From Octopus sinensis (lineage: Eukaryota): a DNA stretch of 64,000 bases. The stretch lies in NCBI RefSeq assembly GCF_006345805.1, contig NC_043008.1:77810001-77874000 (forward strand), given 5' to 3'. Positions 1-9,639 of the stretch are shown here, in pieces (positions within the stretch are counted from its first letter, which is position 1; each line of letters starts with the position of its first letter). Under the pieces are notes generated by a model that saw only the letters and a list, made by a program, of their open reading frames with translations, did not search any database and was not told the origin of the DNA. The position numbers were made by a program, and so were the translations under genes.

Positions 1-520
1 CTTGAAAAGGAAAGTGAGAGTAGAGAGGCAAGTTTTGTCTAGCGAATGTTTTAAAAAAAGATGGGTGAATGTAGCAAGAATGGCACGTATGAATGACGAA
101 GCCACCTTGAGCATAGTCCTATGAACCCAGAAATCGAAGACAGAGAGTTGCTTATTTGCAAAAAAAAAAAAAAAAAAAAAGAAATATAAAATGTGACTTC
201 ATTGACCGAGGTTACCGTGGTCTTTTCCGTAGGCTTTTCTTTCCACAGGTAAACCTCACCTGTCCTCCCCTTTACACTTCATATTGACATTTCTGTGATA
301 ACGATCCCTATTGATCAATTTTTTTTTCCTCTCCCCCCCCTTTTTTTTTTTTTTAACCCCCCCCTTTTTTTTGTCCTCTTTCTCTCCTTTTACGATCCCT
401 TTTGATCGAAACTCCCCCTTCCTTTTTTTTTTTTTTTTTTTTTTTAAACCTTCAAAAGAAAAGCTCTACCTTGTAATTTGTTCTATCTGTGTGCAGCCCT
501 GTGTGGCTAATAAAGAAACA
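1..520 (+). mobile_element. 3' end of a Tx1-like (L1-clade) LINE: ORF2 C-terminus (2-124) plus 3'UTR
   Basis: Frame from 2 reads LKRKVRVERQVLSSECFKKRWVNVARMARMN...L*, matching LKRKMRLERKVLSDSKFYERWVNCARLA of the copies at 22-34 kb. The 3'UTR ends in GCAGCCCTGTGTGGCTAATAAAGAAAC, like GTCAGCCCTTGTGGCCAATAAAAAAGAA of those copies. Confidence 0.8.
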
Positions 521-595
521 TATCTATCTATAAGTGTGTGTGTGTATCTGTGTGCGTGCGTGTGTATGTGTATAGAAAAAAAATCCCATTTTCCG

Positions 596-641
596 TAGCG
601 GTGTCGTATGAAATTGTCACCCATAATTATAGCCCTAGTAT
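596..641 (+). mobile_element. Fragment of the repeat family also present at 18956-19166
   Basis: TAGCGGTGTCGTATGAAATTGTCACCCATAATTATAGCCCTAGTATCG is nearly identical to the segment at ~18987-19034. Confidence 0.65.
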
Positions 642-707
642 CGTCTTGCAACCTTTTCAATAGTTTTGACTCTCAATAGTCAAAACTATTGAAAAGGTTG
701 CAAGACG
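642..707. repeat. Perfect 30-bp inverted repeat with 6-nt spacer
   Basis: CGTCTTGCAACCTTTTCAATAGTTTTGACT (642-671) is the exact reverse complement of 678-707. Confidence 0.97.
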
Positions 708-870
708 CAAGGAAAATTTTAGAAAAATAAAAATAAGAAATAGGTGTAAATTTTACCGGTGAGTGTGTTACATTATAAGGCACAAAAAGGAAATGACTCT
801 CCCCAGACACAACATAATATGCTTCAACATACGAACTCATATAAAGAAAAAAACAAATCCAAAAACGAAA

Positions 871-882
871 TTATTATTAATA

Positions 883-972
<90 letters not shown>

Positions 973-995
973 TATTATTATTATTATTATTATTA
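871..995. repeat. (ATT)n microsatellite
   Basis: Direct reading. Confidence 0.99.
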
Positions 996-1007
996 GTATT
1001 TTCATTA

Positions 1008-1560
1008 AGTGAGAGAGCAGTGCATGCCATCAAAGTGTCACTGGGGTGAAAAATACGAAACCCAGTATACCCATCATGACTACCCGTCTGATAAGAGTAC
1101 ACCAGGCACATGCATCACAACCATATGTGCGCGACATGGTGATCTCATATCAAGATAAACAGAGCATGACCTTGCAGGTGGAGCCCAGTTAGAATTTTCT
1201 TCTCGTTGAGTAGCCCATCCCACACAAAATGTCCCTGAATAAAGATTGTTTAAGGAAGTTGAACGAACCACCCATGTTTCCAAAGGTGAATTATCCAAAC
1301 CTCTAAGAATTCCTTTCAACACACGGCTATGATGCTCCCACACTACTTCTGCTCGTGATCGGAGGTGCACATATCGTCAGTCATTAAAGGAGATGGTCAA
1401 CTGGTTAAGGTCAAACAACTGACAAGCAAATCTGTGATACTGAGCAGAATATTTGCTGTAGCCCATCTTTTATACCAAGACAAAAATATTTACATGTTAA
1501 CACTTCCAATCAGTTAAGATCAGAAACCATGAGAGCCACTGTCTGGTACCGCATCAGGGC
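1008..1560 (-). mobile_element. Unclassified ~550-bp AAT-flanked retroposon-like repeat, full length
   Basis: Homologous to 37362-37920, 41258-41806 and 58962-59514, with the same termini. Flanked by ATT tracts. Confidence 0.85.
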
Positions 1561-1570
1561 ATTTATTATT

Positions 1571-1611
<41 letters not shown>

Positions 1612-1615
1612 TATT

Positions 1616-1893
1616 GAGTGCGAGAGCAGTGCGTGCCATCAAAGTGACACTGGGGTAAAATATACGAAACCCAGTATACCCATCATCACTACCCGTCTGA
1701 TAAGGGTACACCAAGGACATGCATCACAACCATATGTGCGCGACTGGTGATCTCATATCAAGATAAAGAGTACATGACCTTGCAGTTGGGGCCCAGTTAG
1801 AATTTTCTTCAGGTTGAGTAGCCCATCCCGCTCAAAAGATCCTTGAATAAGGGTTGTTTAAAGATGTTGAACGAAACACCAAAGTTCCCAAAG
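1616..1893 (-). mobile_element. ~550-bp repeat, 5'-truncated tandem copy
   Basis: Retains the GAGTG(A/C)GAGAGCAG end and loses the other half. Separated from the previous copy by (ATT)/(ATC)n. Confidence 0.85.
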
Positions 1894-1970
1894 GTTCGAT
1901 AAAATAACTACCAGTAATCGATTAGTCCCCTCCCCCATATTTCAGGCCTTGTGCCTGTAGTGGAAAGAAT
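1893..1970 (+). mobile_element. 3' part of tRNA-derived SINE (type-A tail)
   Basis: TCGATAAAATAACTACCAG...TTTCAGGCCTTGTGCCTGTAGTGGAAAG followed by ATT tract, like the tails at 12668 and 41826. Confidence 0.7.
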
Positions 1971-2015
1971 TATTATTATCATTATTATTTATTATTATCA
2001 TTATTATTATTATTA

Positions 2016-2058
<43 letters not shown>

Positions 2059-2060
2059 AA

Positions 2061-2456
2061 GGCGGCGAGCTGGCAGAATCGTCAACATGCCGGGCGAAAT
2101 GCTTAGCGGTATTTTGTCTGCCGTTACGTTCTGAGTTCAAATTCCGCCGAGGTCGACTATGCCTTTCATCCTTTCGGGGTCGATAAATTACGTACCAGTT
2201 ACGCACTGGGGTCGATGTAATCTACTTAATCCCTTTGTCTGTCCTTGTTTGTCTCCTCTGTGTTTAGCCCCTTGTGGGTAGTAAAGAAATAGGTATTTCG
2301 TCTGTCGTTACGTTGTGAGTTCAAATTCCGTCCAGGTCGATTTTGCCTGCCATCCTTTTGGGGTCGATGAAATAACTACCAGTCGGGCACTGGGGTCAAT
2401 GTAATCGACTCATCCCCACCTCCCCCAGTAGCCCCCTTGTAGCAAAAATTTGAAAT
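2061..2456 (+). mobile_element. tRNA-derived SINE dimer (unit 1 2061-2291 with Tx1-like tail; unit 2 2292-2456 lacking the head)
   Basis: Head GGCGGCGAGCTGGCAGAATCG, B-box-like GAGTTCAAATTCC, central GCCTTTCATCCTTTCGGGGTCGATAAA. Junction AAAGAAATA|GGTATTTCG. Confidence 0.85.
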
Positions 2457-2490
2457 AATAATAATCGCTATTATGACAATTATTATTATT

Positions 2491-2603
2491 GAGAGAGTAG
2501 TGCATGCCATCAAAATGACACTGGTATACCCACCATGACTACCCATCTGATAAGGGTTCACAAGGCACATACATTATAAACATATGTGTGCGACATGGTG
2601 ATC
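2491..2603 (-). mobile_element. ~550-bp repeat, short 5'-truncated degenerate copy
   Basis: GAGAGAGTAGTGCATGCCATCAAA...CGACATGGTGATC directly after an ATT tract. Confidence 0.75.
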
Positions 2604-3018
2604 ATAGAGAGGGTGGGTAACGAAGCTGGCATAGGTGGGGCTTTGATCAAATTAGATCGGTCTATAGCTTTGGGTAATGTCGACCATCGATAATTGACAG
2701 CTGTTCTCAAGGCAGCGGGGTTTAGCCCGGTCTTCCGTGGGTGGATCACGGCTTTGTACAGCGGCATCTACTCCGTAATACTAGCCAGTCAGAGCCCTTC
2801 GGCATCTTGCGCTCGGTCCGCCAATGATACTTTCAACTCCCTTCTCTATGTACTGACTCTCGAGCCACCACTGCAGAGGCTGGAGGCATTGACGGGTGTC
2901 CCGCTTGATCTAGGGTGTGGGAAGAGCGTGTCTACCTATGCCGAGGATGTCACCATGATAGTGTCAAGCCACTGGCATATTGATCTGATTGGCGACGCAC
3001 TAAACACGTACGAAGCAC
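2601..3018 (+). pseudogene. Degenerate Tx1-like RT fragment
   Basis: IERVGNEAGIGGALIKLD...VDHR*LTAVLKAAGFSPVFRGWITALYS...YAEDVT aligns with ORF2 at 23.8-24.2 kb. Confidence 0.85.
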
Positions 3019-3542
3019 CATTGTGTGGAGTCAGGGAAATTTGGTTCCCCGTAAGTTGAAAAAGTGTTTGTAATCTTTTCGGCCTTTTCATTTGTGTTTA
3101 ACATTACATCTCGGAGATTGTCTGGATTGTGCAGAATTATTCTTGCATAGAAACACCCCGTGTTTTGCAGAGGGTGCGCATAAATAATTTTTAAATTTTA
3201 ACTGCTTTCAGCAAAAACAAATATATAGCAATTTTCTGCAAATTTTTGAAGATGGCTGATAAAGAAGCCATAATAATATTCGATAAAGGAACGCGCTCCT
3301 TGTCGAGAAATTTTAAGAACAAGGAATGAAATGAGAATATTAACATCAAATGGCTTAAACTCAATGACATCACCAGGACGAAAAATGTTTCGTCTCTAAG
3401 CAACGTCATAACTTAAGGTGTCGACAAAGAGAACAAGATCAACAACAGCTGCAGTGACAGCAGCAGCAACAGTGATAGCAGCAGCAGCAGTAGTGACACC
3501 AGCAGCAGCAGCAACAACAACAACAACAACAACAACACAACA

Positions 3543-3574
<32 letters not shown>

Positions 3575-3774
3575 GTGAGAGAAATAAAACGTAAAAATGC
3601 AAACATCGCCCCTGTTTCTTTTGTGTCAGCGGCGAGAAATATGGAGTGCTTCTACATCAATAAAGAAGAATTAAAATTTGCTAGAAAAAGTGTTAAAAGA
3701 GATTGGAGAAGAGTAGCTCTAAACCCTCCATCGACGTGATAGAAAATATTGCAAGATGCACGGTCACATACCGG

Positions 3775-4140
3775 ATTCAAGTCTCGGCGGCCGGTTTCGA
3801 ACCCCTTTTTCAGAGGACAGATTGCTGCAATGCACAGCGGCGCCTGCTCGGTGGTCAAAGTAAATGGCTACTTATTGGAACCGTTTAGCATCGTACGTAT
3901 GATCCGCCAGGGTTGCCCGCTGTCACCTCGTCTGTAAGTGCTGGCTCTCGAGCCACTACTGCAGAAGTTGGAACTCGGGAAGGTAGTGTCTGCATACGCG
4001 GACGATGCCGCCGTCATGGGGTCGGATGCCTCCGATGTGGAGACGATTGGCTCCATTGTAAAAGAATATGAGTTGGTTGCAGAGGCTAAAATCAATGCCA
4101 ACTAGTCAGTGGGATTGATACTGGGCAAATCGATGCCGTC
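3775..4140 (+). pseudogene. Degenerate Tx1-like RT fragment (another lineage)
   Basis: VKVNGYLLEPF...RQGCPLSP...LALEPLL...SAYADD...EAKINAN*SVGL motifs. Confidence 0.85.
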
Positions 4141-5195
4141 AAGAGACAACAAGTTAGAAGTTCATGTTGGTGTTATGCTTAGGGTGCCATATATTTGCTT
4201 TTGTACATTGTGTTGTTCTAGAGAATGTTTAAGAAACCATAAGAAAATTATGTGTTTGTTTTAAAATTTGAAATTACATATGCAGTATTTTAAGTAGGAT
4301 ATGGGCAGTTCCCACGATCACTATCTTTTGAATTTCTGCCGTTTCGGGGTTTTCTAGTATCGGAGCTAGGTAACAATTAACCTCTTTTGCTATCATTCCT
4401 AGGGCACCTATGACAAAAGGTATTGTTTTAGTCTTCAGGTTCCGCATTTTGCTGATTTCTAATTCAAGATCTTTATACTTGCTCGGTTTTTGGTAGGTCT
4501 TGACAGATACGTTTATATCGATTGGGACAGTCATATCAATGAGGAGGAATGATTTTTATCTGAAGTTTTTCAATATGATGGCTGGCCTATTTACATCTAT
4601 CTTTCTGTTAGTTTGAATGGTGAAGTTCCAGAGGAGTGAGATGTGACCATTTTCAAGCACTGGAGGTGGTTTGTGTCCCCACCAGTTTTTATTATGGGGC
4701 AAGTCCAGGTTTTTGCAAATTACGCAGTGAATATATTGTGCAGCTCTATCATGCCCGTTGAGATACTCTGTGGGTGCAAGAAAACTACACAGGGAGACAG
4801 CATGATCAATGGTTTCATTTTGTTGTTGACATACACTTGTTGGTGAGCTGCCGTTCTTTAATATGTTGGCCTGGTAGTTCCTTCTAAGTAGGCATTGATC
4901 TTGGGCTGCTGTAATAAACCCTTTTGTTTCTGATTTTAAACCAGAAGCCAATTGTGGAAATCGTCATTGTTAATGCCAGTTGTAAAAGTCCACGGCCACT
5001 CTCCTTCCTTGGCAGATAAAGTCGTTCTATATCTGCCTTAGGTTGGTGCATTCTATTCATTGTCAACAGTTTTCGTATTTTTCTGTCAATTTTCCTTTGA
5101 GAAAGGAAGCTTTTGCACATTCATCGAGACGAAATTGCCTCCTGATGTCATCACTGAATTGTTTAACAATCGCTAGTAAGCTCTTGAGTTGTTGG
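4141..5195 (-). mobile_element. R4/Dong-clade LINE (family A), 5'-truncated
   Basis: MHQPKADIERLY..GRGL, SETKGFITAAQDQ, ETIDH..C..EYLNGHD, NRPAI and KYKDL..KTIPFVIGALG (restriction-like endonuclease region). The 3'UTR matches 35064-35402. Confidence 0.9.
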
Positions 5196-5226
5196 TCATT
5201 ATTATTTTTATTTTTAACATTATTAT

Positions 5227-5270
<44 letters not shown>

Positions 5271-5271
5271 A

Positions 5272-5306
<35 letters not shown>

Positions 5307-5340
5307 CTACTACTACTACTACTACTACTATTATTATTAT

Positions 5341-5375
<35 letters not shown>

Positions 5376-5377
5376 TT
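5196..5377. repeat. Compound (ATT)/(ACT)/(GCT) microsatellite
   Basis: Direct reading. Confidence 0.97.
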
Positions 5378-6600
5378 ACTTGCAATTTGCATATTTGTTA
5401 CAACCTCTTACCAAGACACACCAAGTGTCCTAGTTGAGTGAAGGATAAGAGATGTTACAGTATGACTGAAAGCTTGGAGAGGGGAAGTTGCAGGGACAGT
5501 AACGAAATATCTTCATGTAATACAACACAGACATTTAAATTGATAGGGTTTTTCTAAGGATGTAGGCAGTACTTGTAAGCACAATCTTTTGGATTTCTCT
5601 ATCACATGATTTTACTGGGATGTTATCTAGATATTTCTGAGATCCATTTATTATCATACCTAGGGCACCTACAATAATAGGAACAGTTCTCGCTTTAAGA
5701 CACCACATCTTTTATATTTCAGTTCCAAGGTCTTTATATTTACTTAATTTCTCAAATTCCTTTACAAATATATTTTTATCAGTGGGAAGACTTACATCTA
5801 TAAGTCTACAAGTATTTTCTTCCCGTCCTTAATGGCTATGTATGGCCGATTTGCCTGGATCGTTCTGTCGGTGTTTATAAGAAAACAGTGACATTTTTAC
5901 CTTCAACGACTGACTCAGGATGATGCTCATACCAGTAAGCATGAGCGCTGATTTTGTAGTGTTTACATATTTTCCAATCGAAATACTGTCATATACTATC
6001 TTGGCGATTTTTGTATTCGTTTAGTGTCAGCACAGGTCATCCTAAGACGAGATGGTATATTGTTTCGTCAAATGAGTCGCAGAATCTGTATTTAAGGTCA
6101 AAACCATTTTGAAGAACGCTAGCCTAGTAGTTTTTCGTAAGCAAGTTTTGATCTTGTGCCACCAGTATCAAACCTTCAGTCTCTGCTTTCTTTTGCGAAA
6201 GGGAACCAGACGATTATATCCCGATGTCATTGCTGAACTCTTTAGCGTTTGTTAGCAGCCCTTCTAGCTCTTCCTCATTCCTAGAAAACAGTTTCAGATC
6301 GTCCATATAAAAGAGATGGTTTATTGTAGTATTATAAACTTTGAACCCATACCTGGTATTATTCAGTTTGTTTGAGAGTGGGATCAGTACCATGCAAAAG
6401 AGAAATGGGGAGAGGGAAGTCATCTTGAAAGATGCCTCTTTTGATATTGATGTTGTTAGATTGACTTAAGCCATTACTATGATTTAGAAGGAGACGTGTT
6501 CCATTTGGCCATGCTACCTTGTAAGAATCTGGAGACTACAGGTAAGATCGTATATATCTCAAGGGCCTTGAGTAGCCAATTATGTGAGACACTATCTAAG
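5378..6600 (-). mobile_element. R4/Dong-clade LINE (another family), internally deleted
   Basis: IKRGIFQD, SLSPFLF, HLFYMDDLKLF, then a jump to KAETEGLILVAQDQ and later [12 protein letters not shown]. Confidence 0.85.
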
Positions 6601-6759
6601 ACGATTGAATATTCTCTCAGCTATGAATGAACAAGATCCCCAGAATCATGAAATGAATACAAAATATTACAACCCTTTTTTTTAGGGAGAACATACTACA
6701 GCTGGGACCCAGATCCGATGAAACAAAAAATTCAAATAAACTCACAGAACAAATAGAAC

Positions 6760-7160
6760 CTAAAATTATAAATTTATCGAAAAGAAACCTCTTCAAAAAT
6801 TAAATAGATCTTTTGTTGAAAGGTTTCAAAAATTTCCCCCTACACCTACTTATAACTTCATAGAATTAAAAACAGATATTGAACACTTTAGTCACCGCCT
6901 CCGTCCTATAAAATTCTTCGGCAATAAGAATATAAATGATAAGTCAATTGTCAAAAATAAATCTTACTCTACCCCTTACAGGAGAAATGACAAACATTTA
7001 GATACATGTATAGACATCATTTCCAAATTACCTCTCAGTGCTCATAAATGCAAACAAAACCGCCGTAAAGAAGAAAAGGAAACTTTACTAACACTAACAT
7101 GACGAACAACTCAATCATCCTAAAAGAAGCCGTTAAGAGTAGGGCAATAGTGACTACATT
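6760..7160 (+). pseudogene. Penelope-like element RT N-terminal remnant
   Basis: Frameshifted KG..KF.PTP, ELKTDIEHFSHRLR..KFF and IILKEAVKSRAIV resemble the PLE motifs KGLKFxPTP, DIxxFxRRLRL and IIKxADKGxAxV. Confidence 0.6.
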
Positions 7161-9348
7161 ACAGTTTATTGGGTACTTTTAACATGGCACCAGCACCAAT
7201 ACTTTTTATCTAGCAATAGCACCAGTCGAGTCTCCAAGTAACCTTCAAGACTAAGATCCCTTGAGTAGGGAGAGGTTAAACTATAATAGAGGAAGAGAGT
7301 TGTGTCTTGCTGTGGACAAGATACATGGTAACCCAGATGAGCTACAAAGGGAGAGAGAGAGAGACCTAAAGAGGAAGACAGGGAGACATGGCTATGCCAG
7401 TTGCAAAAGAAATGCAAGAAAGAAAGAATGGAAGATAAAGAGAAAATGGAAGTTTGGATACCTTCCATTATGACTGGAGAATGTTCGAGATATTGTTTTC
7501 TGTGGGGAGCTTCAGGATATGTAATTATTGAATGTAAATTTAAAATATATGGAATGATTTTCAAAAGAAAAATTGAATTATGGAAATGTAAGAAGTGAAG
7601 AATATTTACTTGAATATAGAAGTCTATACAAATGCCTTGTATGTTATAATAAAAACCTTACCTATTGTTCTTGGCAGCAATGTGTTAAGATGTTAGTGTT
7701 TTGCTGCCCAGGAATATAGAGGAAATAAGGAATAGGCAAAAAAAGACAAATTGTTTCTAGTTGTTGCAACTAGGAAGGTTGAGGTGTTAAAACAATATTT
7801 GCTGTTGCTTATACTTCTATACAATAACTTTCAAAGAAAGGTAAGTTCAGAATTTAGAAGTATTGTCTACTCTGACGGACTTACCAGAGATATGAATGAT
7901 GCTGGAAAAAAAGAAGAATAAATACAGTAAAAAGAAGAATTAGCAAGGAATGCTGAATATTTACCTTATGATGGAAATCCTCTATAATGTCCTATTAATG
8001 CTGGTATATAAAAAAGTACTATTTACTGTTGCATCTGAAGATATCCCAATATACCAATTCACACAAAAGAATGTATTTACTCACTACAGACTATGAAAAA
8101 TGATGTCTATGAATAGGTGAAAGCAGAAACCTCATCCAATTAGTAAGTATATGTAAATGTGTCTTACTTTTGACCTGTAAGTTATGAGATATCCAAAACT
8201 ACCATGTATGTGTGAATTTTTTTTCTTTTTCTTTTAGTAGCTGAATGAAAGAGGTTATTTCCAATATAAGTGGAAAAGTTGAAATTTCTAAAGGGAGCAG
8301 AGAAATTGCATTAATAAGTAAATTAATAATGAAGGAAGAATATTTACTTTGAAAGTATACCTAGAATGTTTCCTGTTGTTAATGTAATCTGCTATGCTAT
8401 ACCATTGATTACTGTAAATGAAGATGATGTTGATAAGTTGTTGTTGCTGAAATTTTTAATCTGGAGGGAAAGTAATGATCATAACTCTTTATTTTACACT
8501 AATATTTCCTATGTAGAAATGAAAGAAGCATGAAATGGTTTTTTAAATAGTGTGTGATATGTGTTCATGGGAAACCTACTTGATAACATTAGTTTTGATA
8601 TTTTATGAAGTTGTTAGTATTTTAATAAGCAGAAATATGAAGGGGCAATGAACAAAGCATATTTAAATTGAAAATATCTGCAATCCTGTCTACTATTAAT
8701 AGACCGTTGTTGTTGACTATATGTTTAACATTGTATTGGCTGATGATCTTCATTATTTGGAAATGAAAACTTCCTTGAAACAATAATTGTCCTTGAATGT
8801 GTCTTGATTCTTTTGTTTTTAATGTTGTGCAATATCTGAAAGGAAGGGTAATTTGTAAACATGGATGGGAAAATGAAAATGCACACTACAGAATGTTATG
8901 TATAAAATGGTGAATCGAGAAAATTTATTTGAAATTAAAATGCATGTGAAGGGAATGAAGAATAATTACCAGATGATGAAATGTGGTATTCAATGCTCTA
9001 ATCCTCTCTGCAACAAATGTATGATAGCATTGATATTGTATTGATAAACATCATTTCTTTCAGTTTGTATCCTGTATGAAAGTTGTGGGTGGTTAATTTT
9101 ATGAAATAGAAAAGAATGACAAAGTAATAAAAATGAATGATGAAATATGAATAATGTTTGCTGAATGATGGCTATTATATAACTCTTTCCCCTTGTCACT
9201 AATAATGAGTACAAAATTAATAATTCCTGATATTTATGGCAGTAGTTGCTTGATGTTGTCATGTGAAAAAAGTTATATGCAGTGTAGGCTAATATTTAAA
9301 TTGGTGGAAATGAAGAAAAGTATGAATTGATAAGAGATAATGAATGAA

Positions 9349-9351
<3 letters not shown>

Positions 9352-9404
<53 letters not shown>
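9352..9404. repeat. (AT)n microsatellite
   Basis: Direct reading. Confidence 0.99.
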
Positions 9405-9409
<5 letters not shown>

Positions 9410-9639
9410 ATGATGAAATTTTTAATTTATGGTAATTGATGCTTTTATCTTTTAGTTGCATTTGTATGGTTAATACCAAGATGATATAAGGGTTTGTGAG
9501 TTTGTAATAGGTTGACTTTTTCAGGAAATGGAGTCAGCAACTCCAATTCCTACTGGTAATAGTTATCTTTTTCTTGTCTCTAGATATTTAACTATCCAAC
9601 ATGTTTGAATATTTTGTAGGTCAACATTCACTATAATAG

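Noticed and set aside
235-256. Splice acceptor/donor-like TTTTCTTTCCACAG|GTAAAC
   Set aside because: It falls within the Tx1 3'UTR, whose homologues have similar pyrimidine-rich text; there is no exon support.
759-1111. Poly-Ile/Leu/Asn/Tyr ORFs in the track (also near 5.2, 16.9, 41.1, 42.3, 57.8 and 58.4 kb)
   Set aside because: They are translations of trinucleotide microsatellites, not genes.
1500-1560. U2 snRNA similarity (TAAGATCA; CCTGGTAC/TTGCA) in the 550-bp element
   Set aside because: The matches are short, out of order and not extendable.
2061-2150. tRNA genes at SINE heads (also 40483, 53154, 63867)
   Set aside because: A/B-box-like motifs are present, but there is no full cloverleaf and they continue into SINE bodies.
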